Below are positions 53,193-62,421 of a stretch of 64,000 nucleotides of DNA, piece by piece. A program made the position numbers and the translations under genes. Source of the DNA: an uncultured Planctomycetaceae bacterium (lineage in GTDB: Bacteria > Planctomycetota > Phycisphaerae > SM23-33). The stretch covers positions 688-64,687 of the forward strand of contig CAYRZU010000007.1 in assembly GCA_964428895.1 (NCBI GenBank), given 5' to 3'. The notes below the pieces were generated by a model that saw only the letters and a program-made list of their open reading frames with translations, was not told the origin of the DNA and searched no databases. Positions within the stretch are counted from its first letter, which is position 1; each line of letters begins with the position of its first letter.

Positions 53193-54418
53193 CGCCGCGT
53201 CTTCTTGGCCTTCTTGACCGTCTTCTTCTTGCCGGCGGCCAGCAGTTTCTTCAGGTCGGCGTTGGCCGCTTTGCGCATGCCTTGGCCCTTGCCGGTCGAG
53301 AGGCGCCGCTCCAGCGAGCCCATCAGGCTCTCCATCTCGGCGGCGTTGACGGGCAAGGAAATGGTCTTGGTCTTGTAACCGGCCAGGTGCATCGCGTTGG
53401 ACAGCTCCAGCTCGTTGAGCGCCTGGTCGCCGTCGGCAAAGTCGAACGGCTTCTTACCGGTCAGCACCCACTGAACGAACCCGCGCGTAACCTCCAGATG
53501 CCCGCCCGAACGGCCCTTCGGCTTGACCGGCTTCCACGTGATCCCTTGCTCGGCGCCGCCAGCCATGCCGTCCCTGGAAGCGAAAATGTGCTTGCTGACG
53601 GGCGTCTTGAGTTTGCCCAGCTTGATGCCCTCGTCGCCGATTACGATCGTGCCCTTGTCGCCGCAGATCATGAACTCCTCGTAGCCGGGCTCTTCGGCCG
53701 TGGTCGCGTAGATGTAGCCGACCTTGCCGCTGCCGTAATCCAGCAGGAAGTTCGCGCAATCCTCCACCTCGATGTCGTGGCAGCGCGTCGACAGCAGCCC
53801 CAGCACCTTCTTGGGCATGCCCGCGATCCATTGATATAGATCCAGGTGGTGCGGGGCCTGGTTGATCAGCACGCCGCCTCCCTCACCGTCCCACGTGCCC
53901 CGCCAGGCGCCGGAATCGTAGTAGGCCTGCGTGCGGAACCAATTGGAGCAGATCAGTTGGGCCCGAAAAACTTCGCCGATGGCGCCGGAATCAATCAAGC
54001 CTTTAACCGTCTGCATGTCCGCCCGGGCCCGGTGGTGGAGCATGACTCCCAGCTTGACCTTGCGCTTCTTGCACTCCTTGATCATCGCACGGGCGTGGCC
54101 GACCGTGCTGGATAGCGGCTTCTCGCACATCACGTGCAGACCGGCCCGGGCGGCGCGGATCGTCAGCGGCGCGTGCCAGTAGTGCGGCGTGGCCACGATG
54201 ACGGCATCGCACAGGCCGGAGTCGATCATCTCCTCACCGGTAGCGAACCAAGGCACGCTGTATTTCTGGCCGAACTGCTTGGCTTTCTTGGCGTCGATGT
54301 CGGCCAACGCCGTGAGGCTCAGTCGCCGGTCGGTGGTTGTGGAGATCATCTCCACGTGGCCGCTGCCCATCATGCCCACGCCGATAACGCCGAAACGAAT
54401 GTGCTTGAGCTTCGCCAT
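53189..54418 (-). CDS. Gfo/Idh/MocA-family NAD(P)-dependent oxidoreductase with a lysine-rich C-terminal tail
   Basis: N-terminal RFGVIGVGMMGSGH Rossmann motif. The C-terminal 35 aa are MRKAANADLKKLLAAGKKKTVKKAKKTRR. Confidence 0.8.
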   Translation of the reverse strand: MAKLKHIRFGVIGVGMMGSGHVEMISTTTDRRLSLTALADIDAKKAKQFGQKYSVPWFATGEEMIDSGLCDAVIVATPHYWHAPLTIRAARAGLHVMCEKPLSSTVGHARAMIKECKKRKVKLGVMLHHRARADMQTVKGLIDSGAIGEVFRAQLICSNWFRTQAYYDSGAWRGTWDGEGGGVLINQAPHHLDLYQWIAGMPKKVLGLLSTRCHDIEVEDCANFLLDYGSGKVGYIYATTAEEPGYEEFMICGDKGTIVIGDEGIKLGKLKTPVSKHIFASRDGMAGGAEQGITWKPVKPKGRSGGHLEVTRGFVQWVLTGKKPFDFADGDQALNELELSNAMHLAGYKTKTISLPVNAAEMESLMGSLERRLSTGKGQGMRKAANADLKKLLAAGKKKTVKKAKKTRR

Positions 54419-54532
54419 GAGTCGCTCCTGTGTCGGAAGGTTGCTTCCGATTGGGTTTCGATTAGGCGGGTCAGTCTAGGTCGGCCCTGTGGCGATTGCA
54501 AGGTGAGCGGGCCGGTCGTAAGATGCCTGACC

Positions 54533-55717
54533 ATGGAACACATTTGGGTCAAGATCGAGGGGCTGACCAGGCCGGCCGACGCCGTCAAGGTCGCGGATCT
54601 CGGCGCCGACGCGATCGGCCTAGTCTTCGCCGACTCACCGCGACAGGTCACGATCCCGCAAGCCAAGGCCATCGTCGACGCCCTGCCGATGTTCATGCAA
54701 AGCGTGGCCCTGTTCGTCAACAGCGAGGTCGCCGAGATCAATCGCGTGGTCGAAGCCGTCCGACCCACCCACGTGCAACTGCACGGCGACGAGCCGCCCG
54801 AGATCATCCGCTGGATCGACGCCCGCTGCATGAAGGCCTTCCGCATCCGGTCGACCAACTGGGTCGACGAGGTCCAGGCCTGGCTAGATGGCCTGCTGGA
54901 CATCAACGACGTCGCGGCCATCGTCCTCGATGCCTACGACTCGGAGAAGCCCGGCGGCACGGGCAAACGGTTCAACTGGCAGTGGGTGGTCGACGCCCGC
55001 AAGGCCGGCAAGCTCGAAGGCTGGCCCCCCATCATCCTGGCCGGCGGCCTGACCGCCGACTGCGTAGCCGGCGCCATCGACGCCGTTCGCCCCTGGGGCG
55101 TAGATGTCTCCAGCGGGGTGGAACGGTTCCCGGCCGTCAAAGACTTCCGCAAGATCCACGCCTTCATCGACGCCGCCGGCAGCACGCAATTCTCAAACGG
55201 CGCCACCTCCCTGTGTCGCTGGATCCGCAACGGCCGACGGGCCAAGCTGCTGAACTTCCTGGCCGCCCACCCGGATATGAAGGCCGAGCGTCCCTGGGGG
55301 CCGTCCGCGCTGGACCTGGCCGTGCGGTCCAAGCGACGCTACACGCTCGTGCCGACCTTGCTAACCGCCGGTGTCTGCATCAACCAGCGCGACGACGGCG
55401 AGATGACCGCCCTGATGAGCGCCGCCGCCGACAGCGACGCCCGCATGGTCGAGTTGCTGCTCGCCCACGGCGCCGACGTCAACGCCTGCAACGACATGTC
55501 CGAGACCGCCTTCAGCTACGCCGCCGCCAACAACGCCCTCGACGCCGCTAAGCTCCTTCAGGCCCACGGCGCTGAAATCAACCGCCCCGATACCCACGGC
55601 GCCAGCCCCCTCGACTGGGCCAAATACCACGCCTCCGAAGAAATGTACGACTGGATGCGATCCATCCACTGCGTCCACCGAGCCGAAAAGCCCGGCTGGA
55701 TCGGCCGACGTCCCTAA
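54533..55717 (+). CDS. trpF: Phosphoribosylanthranilate isomerase (TrpF) fused to C-terminal ankyrin repeats
   Basis: MEHIWVKIEGLTRPADAVKVADLGADAIGLVF...VQLHGDE...ILAGGL...PWGVDVSSGVE is full-length TrpF (about 210 aa). About 3 ankyrin repeats follow (TALMSAAADSDARMVELLLAHGADVNA..., TAFSYAAANNALDAAKLLQAHGAEIN..., ASPLDWA). Confidence 0.8.
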   Translation: MEHIWVKIEGLTRPADAVKVADLGADAIGLVFADSPRQVTIPQAKAIVDALPMFMQSVALFVNSEVAEINRVVEAVRPTHVQLHGDEPPEIIRWIDARCMKAFRIRSTNWVDEVQAWLDGLLDINDVAAIVLDAYDSEKPGGTGKRFNWQWVVDARKAGKLEGWPPIILAGGLTADCVAGAIDAVRPWGVDVSSGVERFPAVKDFRKIHAFIDAAGSTQFSNGATSLCRWIRNGRRAKLLNFLAAHPDMKAERPWGPSALDLAVRSKRRYTLVPTLLTAGVCINQRDDGEMTALMSAAADSDARMVELLLAHGADVNACNDMSETAFSYAAANNALDAAKLLQAHGAEINRPDTHGASPLDWAKYHASEEMYDWMRSIHCVHRAEKPGWIGRRP

Positions 55718-55755
55718 CACCCCTCTGGCAAGCAAGGCCTTCAACTGTGACTGCA

Positions 55756-57987
55756 ATGACCTTCGATTCGATCGAGCAAGCCCTCGCCCGACCGACCAAC
55801 GACCTGTTCTGGGTGGAGTACGCGAACGGCAAGGCCCTCTGCGGGCATGCCGACAGCTTCTACGCGCCGGAGATCCCCGATAAGTATCTGGTCTACGACG
55901 TGGGCAACAACAAGGTGTTGGCCAACGTCGAACTGAACGGCACGGTTCAGCGGTTCAGCTTCTACCGCGGGTGCTATCCGTCGGATTCGTTGGCGCCCGG
56001 CATCTGGTGGTTTAAGGACCATAGCGAGTTCGGGCCGTTCCGGTTCCATCTGCGGCTGGGCGACGAGACGTTCGATCTGGCTGAAACAGACTGGCCGCTA
56101 CGGACGGACCTGCTGGGCAACATCCTGCCAAGGACAACGCTGACCGGGCCGGGCGTGGCGGTCACGCTGATTTCGTATGCCCCGATCTCGGCCGACGGCG
56201 CCGAACGGCCCCGCGCCCTCATCTACGGCCTGATGCTTCGGAACACGTCGGATGAGCCCATCACCGGGGCCGTCATCCCGCCCAAGAGTCAATCCAGCGA
56301 CGAAGCTGGCGCCCCGGTCCACGAGACCTTCACCGCCGTTCTCGACGGCGTCGCCTGCCACGACGGCGAAGTCCCCTTTGAGCTCATGCCTGGCGAAACG
56401 CTGTGGACGCCGGCTGTCATCACGCCCGTACCGGGCCAGGTCAACGTCGCCGATGTTGCCAAACGTACCGCCCTGGACTGGCTGAACGAAACGCTCGGCT
56501 ACTTCCACAACATGCTGGGCGAGCTGTCCATGCCCGCCGACCCATTCCCGGCGGCGTTCTTCGAACGAAGCATGCTGGAGTGCTTCCTGGCCATCGCCAT
56601 GGACGAGTCCGGCGAAATGGTCGGCGCGAACTGGTCGGGCTTCCCCTCCACCATGCAGATATGGCAGAAGGACCTCTACCATAGCTGCGCCCCTCTGGGG
56701 GTCCACGAACCGGAACTGATGCAGCAGATCATCCTGTGGTTCCTGTACCGGTCGGTCCGCCACAAAGGCGACAAGATCTACGGCGGCTATCATCTGGACG
56801 GCGGCGTGAGCTTTTCGCTGACCAACACGCTGACGCCGGTGGTCCAGGCCGGCGCGTATTACGAAGCCACCGGCAACCGAGCCTTCTTCGAAGCCCATCC
56901 GGAGGTGATGGCCCGAAGCTGTGAGTTGCTGGAGGCGGTGCTGGAAACGCGTGAGGGGGAGCCGGTCCTGTTCCCATCGATGTGGCTATCGGACGGTCCC
57001 AGCCGCGGCGACTACAACACCGGCTCGAACGTCGTGGCGTGGCTAGCCTTCAACTTGACGGCCGTCCTCGTTGATGACATCGCCGGCGACGCGGCGCTGG
57101 CTGCCCGCTATCGCGACATCGCCGACAGGATCCACGCCGACATCGACACATGGTGCATCACCGACGGCCCGCTCGGCCCGCAATACACCGAAGGCGCCTT
57201 CAAAGACGGCACGCACGAAACGCACCACGACGGCGAGGAGACCGACACCACCCTCATGCCCCACTACGGTTACTGCGCCTATGACAACACCGCCCATCAA
57301 AACCACGCTCGCGTGGCGATGACCGAAGACAACACGTGGTACCGCCAATGCAGTCGCGGCATTAAGGACTCCACCTGGCTGGAAGACCCCGACCCGCCAA
57401 TCGAAGCGACCTACCCCGGCTACATGACGGGCCTGGCCGGTGTGGCCAACGCCGAGGAAATGTCCGGCCCCGACGGCGCGATGACCATTATCCGCCAACG
57501 CACGGACGTGGACGGATCGATCTGGTGGTGGCCGTTCTGTGACGGCCACATCAGCCGCGCGTATGAGATTCATGGCGGCGTCGTCGGCAAGAGCGGCTGG
57601 GCCGCCGGCGTCTACGCCTGCCACTTCGTCTCCCAAATCCTGGGCCTAAGCTACCACGGGCCATCGAGGACGCTGCGCTGGCGGCCGTTCAGCCCGACCA
57701 GCAACTTCACCTGGACCGATTGTCGCCTCGGCGCGGGCCGATTCAGCGCCGACTTCACCCGAGACGACACCACCACCCGCTGCAGCATCACCAACCACAA
57801 CGACCACGACGTAACGGCGGAACTGGAGATCATTCTCCCGGACGGCGCCACGGCCGCGTCCATCCAACTCGACGGCCAATCGTTCGACGGCTCGACCGAG
57901 GCCGGCACGTTCTTCGAGGCGACCACCGTCAAGCTGTCCGTGGGCGTCCCGGCCGGCACGGGATGCACCATCGAAGCCATTTGCTGA
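55756..57987 (+). CDS. Hypothetical 743-aa protein, possibly an (alpha/alpha)6-barrel glycoside-hydrolase-like enzyme
   Basis: A large soluble protein with no signal peptide. The central region ([11 protein letters not shown]...[13 protein letters not shown]...) is reminiscent of six-hairpin glycosidases. The fold assignment is low-confidence. Confidence 0.4.
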   Translation: MTFDSIEQALARPTNDLFWVEYANGKALCGHADSFYAPEIPDKYLVYDVGNNKVLANVELNGTVQRFSFYRGCYPSDSLAPGIWWFKDHSEFGPFRFHLRLGDETFDLAETDWPLRTDLLGNILPRTTLTGPGVAVTLISYAPISADGAERPRALIYGLMLRNTSDEPITGAVIPPKSQSSDEAGAPVHETFTAVLDGVACHDGEVPFELMPGETLWTPAVITPVPGQVNVADVAKRTALDWLNETLGYFHNMLGELSMPADPFPAAFFERSMLECFLAIAMDESGEMVGANWSGFPSTMQIWQKDLYHSCAPLGVHEPELMQQIILWFLYRSVRHKGDKIYGGYHLDGGVSFSLTNTLTPVVQAGAYYEATGNRAFFEAHPEVMARSCELLEAVLETREGEPVLFPSMWLSDGPSRGDYNTGSNVVAWLAFNLTAVLVDDIAGDAALAARYRDIADRIHADIDTWCITDGPLGPQYTEGAFKDGTHETHHDGEETDTTLMPHYGYCAYDNTAHQNHARVAMTEDNTWYRQCSRGIKDSTWLEDPDPPIEATYPGYMTGLAGVANAEEMSGPDGAMTIIRQRTDVDGSIWWWPFCDGHISRAYEIHGGVVGKSGWAAGVYACHFVSQILGLSYHGPSRTLRWRPFSPTSNFTWTDCRLGAGRFSADFTRDDTTTRCSITNHNDHDVTAELEIILPDGATAASIQLDGQSFDGSTEAGTFFEATTVKLSVGVPAGTGCTIEAIC

Positions 57988-58147
57988 TTGCCCAGCCGCC
58001 GCGGTTGCGGTTGAAATTGGCGGCCAAACGCCCGACAATAGCCGTCCCGGCGGCGGGAAACGGAACTACACGACGGTCGAACGGATTCGACACGAGGGAC
58101 ATCGAGCCGCCGCCGCTAATCGAAACAACCGCCCTCAAGGAATCACC

Positions 58148-59578
58148 ATGACCCCCAATACGGATACTGCCATGGATTATCAGGTCAAGGACATCACGCT
58201 GGCCGACTTCGGCCGCAAGGAAATCGCCATCGCCGAGCACGAGATGCCCGGCCTGATGGCCACACGCGAGAAGTACGGCCCGGACAAGCCCTTGACCGGC
58301 GTGAAGATCATGGGCAGCCTGCACATGACGATCCAGACGGCCGTCCTGATCGAAACCCTCGTCGAACTCGGCGCTGACCTGCGCTGGGCGTCGTGCAATA
58401 TCTTCAGCACGCAAGACCACGCCGCCGCGGCCATCGCCGCAGCCGATGTGCCCGTGTTCGCCTGGAAGGGCGAAACGCTGGAAGAATACTGGCTCTGCAC
58501 GTACCGGGCGCTGACCTGGCCGGACGGGTCCGGCCCGGAGCAGATCGTCGACGACGGCGGCGACGCCACGCTGCTTATCCACCTGGGCCTCAAGGCCGAG
58601 GACGATCCGAGCATTCTCGACAAGCCCGGCGACAGCCGCGAAGAGCAGGTCATCCTCGATTTGCTGAAGCGCATTCAATCCGAACGCCCGGGCCATTGGC
58701 ACGCCGTGGCCCCCAAGGTCGTGGGCGTTTCCGAAGAGACCACCACCGGCGTGCATCGGCTTATCCAGATGCAGGAGCGCGGCGAGCTGCTGTTCCAGGC
58801 GATCAACGTCAACGATTCGGTCACCAAGAGCAAGTTTGACAACGTCTACGGCTGCCGCCACTCGCTGGTGGACGGCATTAAGCGAGCGATGGACGTGCTG
58901 ATCTCCGGCAAGACCGCCATGGTCTGCGGCTACGGCGACGTGGGCAAAGGCTCGGCTGAGTCGCTGGCCAACGAGAAGGCCCGGGTGCTGGTCTCCGAGA
59001 TCGACCCGATCTGCGCCCTCCAAGCCTGCATGGCCGGCTACAAGGTCACCACCGTCGAAGACGCCCTGCCCACCGCCGACCTCTACGTGACCTCCACCGG
59101 CAATAAAGACGTCATCACCGCTGAGCACATGGCCAGGATGAAGGACCAGGCCATCGTCTGCAACATCGGCCACTTCGACAACGAGATCCAGATGGACGCG
59201 TTGGAGAACATCGCGGGCGTCGAAAAGGAAGAGATCAAAGGCAGCGTCTGCCCCGTGCACCGCTACAGGTTCCCGGACGGCCACTGCATCTACATCCTGG
59301 CCGAGGGCCGCCTGGTCAACCTCGGCTGCGCGACCGGCCACCCGAGCTTCGTGATGAGCAACAGCTTCACCAACCAGACGCTGGCGCAAATTGATATTCA
59401 GGCGAATCCGGACCGGGCCATCGACGTCTACCGATTGGACAAACAGCTCGACGAGGAAGTCGCCCGCCTGCATCTGGACAAGCTCGGCGCCACGCTAACG
59501 CAAATGACGCCCGAACAGGCCGACTACATCGGCGTCCCCCTCGAAGGGCCCTACAAGCCGGAGCACTACCGGTACTAA
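58148..59578 (+). CDS. ahcY: Adenosylhomocysteinase
   Basis: AAGGAA Shine-Dalgarno. [30 protein letters not shown]... is classic S-adenosylhomocysteine hydrolase. NAD site is GYGDVGKG. Confidence 0.95.
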   Translation: MTPNTDTAMDYQVKDITLADFGRKEIAIAEHEMPGLMATREKYGPDKPLTGVKIMGSLHMTIQTAVLIETLVELGADLRWASCNIFSTQDHAAAAIAAADVPVFAWKGETLEEYWLCTYRALTWPDGSGPEQIVDDGGDATLLIHLGLKAEDDPSILDKPGDSREEQVILDLLKRIQSERPGHWHAVAPKVVGVSEETTTGVHRLIQMQERGELLFQAINVNDSVTKSKFDNVYGCRHSLVDGIKRAMDVLISGKTAMVCGYGDVGKGSAESLANEKARVLVSEIDPICALQACMAGYKVTTVEDALPTADLYVTSTGNKDVITAEHMARMKDQAIVCNIGHFDNEIQMDALENIAGVEKEEIKGSVCPVHRYRFPDGHCIYILAEGRLVNLGCATGHPSFVMSNSFTNQTLAQIDIQANPDRAIDVYRLDKQLDEEVARLHLDKLGATLTQMTPEQADYIGVPLEGPYKPEHYRY

Positions 59579-59618
59579 CGACTTCAGATTTGCGATTTTC
59601 AATTCCCGATTGAAAGAC

Positions 59619-59660
59619 AAACGCCGCGGGTCAGATGACTCCGCGGCGTTTGGTGTTTCA
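59619..59660. terminator. Bidirectional rho-independent terminator between ahcY and the convergent response-regulator gene
   Basis: An 11-bp stem AAACGCCGCGG/CCGCGGCGTTT (59619-59629 with 59641-59651) with an 11-nt loop. GGTGTTTCATT follows on the plus strand, and UUGUCUUUCAAUC on the minus strand. Confidence 0.65.
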
Positions 59661-59695
59661 TTCCGCAATCCGCAATCGGCATTCCGCAATTGCGA

Positions 59696-60700
59696 TCAGT
59701 CGTTTCGCCTGACGGCCAGGGCAGCCGGGTGGGCGGCCATTTCGGCCAGGGCGCAGTCCATGTCGGTGAAAGGCTGTTCGCCTTTGCGGTAGAGAACCAC
59801 CAGGCCGATCAGTTCGCCCGGCTCGGGGATCAGGGGCATGGTCAGAATGGTCAGCCCGGGCAGGTACTTCTGAATGCTGGGGCTGAACTTGCTGGGATCG
59901 GCGCCGGCGTCCAGGAGGAGGCACTCCGGATTCTCGAGCGTTCGCTCGACCATCGGCGCTACCAGCGCCCGGCAGAACGGCAGGCCGTCCGGGCTGGGCA
60001 CGCCGAAGCGGCCGATGATGCGAAGCTGAGCGTCTTCGTCACACACCATGGCGATGCCGTTGACCGGCCCGCTGCGTTTGACGAACAGTTGGAACAGCGA
60101 CCGGAACACGTCGTCGTCGGATTTGGCGGCGACCAGGTCGTTCTGCAGGCCGAGGACGATCTGCTGCAACGCCATCTGTCCGCTGAGCGACTTATAGGCG
60201 GCCGTCAGGTCCGCACAGGTGGTCTCCAGATGCTCATTGGCCATCTTGCGTTCGATGTTCATCTCACGAGCCAGGTCGCGGAGGCGCAGCGTTCGGTGGT
60301 GGCTGCGGGCACGGGCGTGGTGGAGGTCGAGGTTCTTACGAACGGTCTGTTGGAGGCGGGCCATGTCGAGCGGCTTGGTCATGACCTCGACCAGGCCCAC
60401 ACGAGTGGCCAGGGCCATGGCGTCGGCTTCATCGCAGCCGGTAATCAGCACGGCCGGCACGTCGGCGGCGGTCTTGCGGAGTTGGCCGATCACGTCGGTG
60501 CCCAGGCCGTCGGATAAGTACAGGTCGGCCACGACTAAGTCGATGTCCATCTCGGCCGCGACCGACTGGGCCTGGCCGACCGAATCGGTCACGACCAGTT
60601 CCACGTCGTCGGCGGTCAGGGCGTCCGTCAGCAACTCCCGGATGTTGGGATCGTCGTCGACGATCAACACACAGCTTCTGGACGTGTCGGACAAGACCAA
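59696..60700 (-). CDS. Response regulator: N-terminal receiver (REC) domain plus C-terminal GAF-like domain
   Basis: CVLIVDDDPNIRELL...DLVVADLYLSDG is the REC domain with the phospho-Asp context. The C-terminal 180 aa are GAF-like. The start is ambiguous (TTG 60700, TTG 60694 or GTG), with an AGGAGG just upstream. Confidence 0.7.
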   Translation of the reverse strand: MVLSDTSRSCVLIVDDDPNIRELLTDALTADDVELVVTDSVGQAQSVAAEMDIDLVVADLYLSDGLGTDVIGQLRKTAADVPAVLITGCDEADAMALATRVGLVEVMTKPLDMARLQQTVRKNLDLHHARARSHHRTLRLRDLAREMNIERKMANEHLETTCADLTAAYKSLSGQMALQQIVLGLQNDLVAAKSDDDVFRSLFQLFVKRSGPVNGIAMVCDEDAQLRIIGRFGVPSPDGLPFCRALVAPMVERTLENPECLLLDAGADPSKFSPSIQKYLPGLTILTMPLIPEPGELIGLVVLYRKGEQPFTDMDCALAEMAAHPAALAVRRND

Positions 60701-60968
60701 CCCTCCTGAGGGCCCGCGGGCCGTCTGGAAATAATCGATTCATCAACTCCGGAAGCCTCGGCGGTTAAACACCCGCCCCGCCGGTGCTTCGTGACGTGGC
60801 TCTCCGACTAGATATCGGAAGCGAAATCCCACACTTGAGGTGCACTGCCGAACAAATCGTGAAATCTGTGGCTGGGCAAGCGTTGAGGTCGGCGTGCGTT
60901 AGCCATCGGCGCGGGCTCGACGGCCGGGCGGTAAGTCTCGGTAGTACATGCCCGGTCAGACTAAGGCC

Positions 60969-61538
60969 TTACGAGCCGACTAGCCCCACGATCTGCGTGA
61001 GCAGGTCTTTGACATCGAACGGCTTGGGCACAAAGGTGTCGGCCCCGGCATCGAGCAGGAGCTTGACGTCCCCCGGCCCGGCGTGGCCTGAAATAGCGAT
61101 GATCTTGGTTCCCGCCAACTCCGGATGCTTTCGGATGGTGCTGCAGACGACCTCACCGTTGACGTCCGGCAGTTCGTAGTCTAGCAGCAGCACGTCCGGG
61201 CGAACTTGCTGGGTCAGTAGGCCGGCGTCGTAACCGGTGGTGGCGGCGTGGACTTCGAATCGGCCGTCCGCGCCGAGGGCGTCGGTCAGCAACTCGATGA
61301 TGTCCGGGTCGTCGTCAACGACCAGCACACGAATCGCCCCGTCTTCGAGCCCTTCCAACGGGATATTGTTGCTCTTCATGAACTTGATCAGGCTGTCGCG
61401 CGGAATGCGGCGGAACCGGCTGCCCGGGACCCGGAACCCCTCCAACTGGCCGTTATCAAAGCAACGGATGATGGTCTGCTGCGACAGCCGACACATCTGG
61501 GCCGCCTCGCCGGTGGTAAAGACCGCTTTGCGCCGCAT
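60969..61538 (-). CDS. Response regulator with an N-terminal excisionase/MerR-type HTH DNA-binding domain fused to a receiver domain
   Basis: Start at ATG 61536-61538 with an AGGAGA Shine-Dalgarno 7 nt upstream. FTTGEAAQMCRLSQQTIIRCFDNGQLEGFRVPGSRFRRIPRDSL is an excisionase-family HTH. RVLVVDDDPDIIELL...DVLLLDYELPDVNG...PKPFD is the REC domain. Confidence 0.7.
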   Translation of the reverse strand: MRRKAVFTTGEAAQMCRLSQQTIIRCFDNGQLEGFRVPGSRFRRIPRDSLIKFMKSNNIPLEGLEDGAIRVLVVDDDPDIIELLTDALGADGRFEVHAATTGYDAGLLTQQVRPDVLLLDYELPDVNGEVVCSTIRKHPELAGTKIIAISGHAGPGDVKLLLDAGADTFVPKPFDVKDLLTQIVGLVGS

Positions 61539-61724
61539 GAAAGTCTCCTGGTTCGCCTCTGGCCTCACTGGCCGTCCAGAATCACATCGGCCCCGGGGAG
61601 GGGGCAACTTAAGCTCCTCAGACTCCCTATCTTCCCAACTTGCCCCATTTTCACTTCCGCCGCCAATGAAAAAGGGCGCCCGTTGGGGCGCCCTGGGTAA
61701 CGTTCGCATCGTCTATTGGGGAGA

Positions 61725-62048
61725 CTATTCCAGGAAGATCCCGCCGTCGCCCTCTTCGAACAGTTCCCGCAACATGCCTTCGACGGCCTTCTCCATTCGC
61801 TCCGGCGTGTCGTAGGTGCCCTCGGCGATCTGCTTCTTGATCCGCTGGACGAGTTCGGCGCGCACCTCAGGGATCTCCTGAAGCTTCTTGACGAGTTTCT
61901 CAGCCTGGGCCCGCTCCTTGGGAGTGGCCTTGTCGACTCGGCTGCGACGTTTCTTGACCGCCATGGTCTTCTTTCTGGCCGCAAGGGTGCGGCCTTTCTT
62001 CAGCGTCCGACGAGTCTTGCACGCACGATCGTCCAACGAATACGCCAT
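61725..62048 (-). CDS. flgM: Anti-sigma-28 factor FlgM-like protein
   Basis: C-terminal VRAELVQRIKKQIAEGTYDTPERMEKAVEGMLREL matches the FlgM signature (V..IK.AIA.G.Y.VD...A..ML). The N-terminus is basic and disordered. The start is uncertain (ATG 62048 or 61964), and neither has a strong Shine-Dalgarno. Confidence 0.5.
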   Translation of the reverse strand: MAYSLDDRACKTRRTLKKGRTLAARKKTMAVKKRRSRVDKATPKERAQAEKLVKKLQEIPEVRAELVQRIKKQIAEGTYDTPERMEKAVEGMLRELFEEGDGGIFLE

Positions 62049-62421
62049 AGGAACCCACGCCTTTACCAGTGCGCGAACGCGCACAAACACCGGTCCGTGT
62101 GAGAGTGTCGATGGGGCTCCTCCGTGATCCCCAGTGTCGCGCCCGGCCACGCCGGCCCAGGTCGCGTCACTGTGCCGTCGGTCGCTTCCGTTTGCGTCCG
62201 ACGCCCCCGCATCCTTGCCTTAACTGTATCGAGTCTACGGGCCGTTGAACTTAAGCAAAAACTGGTTGGAAAAAGAACGCAAGTCCTTCAGATATATATA
62301 CTTGAATAATCTGAAAAAGTCAAGCCCCGCCAAGAGCTTGACAGAGCGGAGACCCATCCAAGCTCGGGAACTCCCCTTCCATGCCGACAAGCCTATCCCA
62401 TTTCATTTCAAACGGTTGCAG

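Noticed and set aside
57929-59473. 514-aa antisense ORF opposite ahcY
   Set aside because: ahcY is unmistakable on the plus strand. The antisense product is low-complexity.
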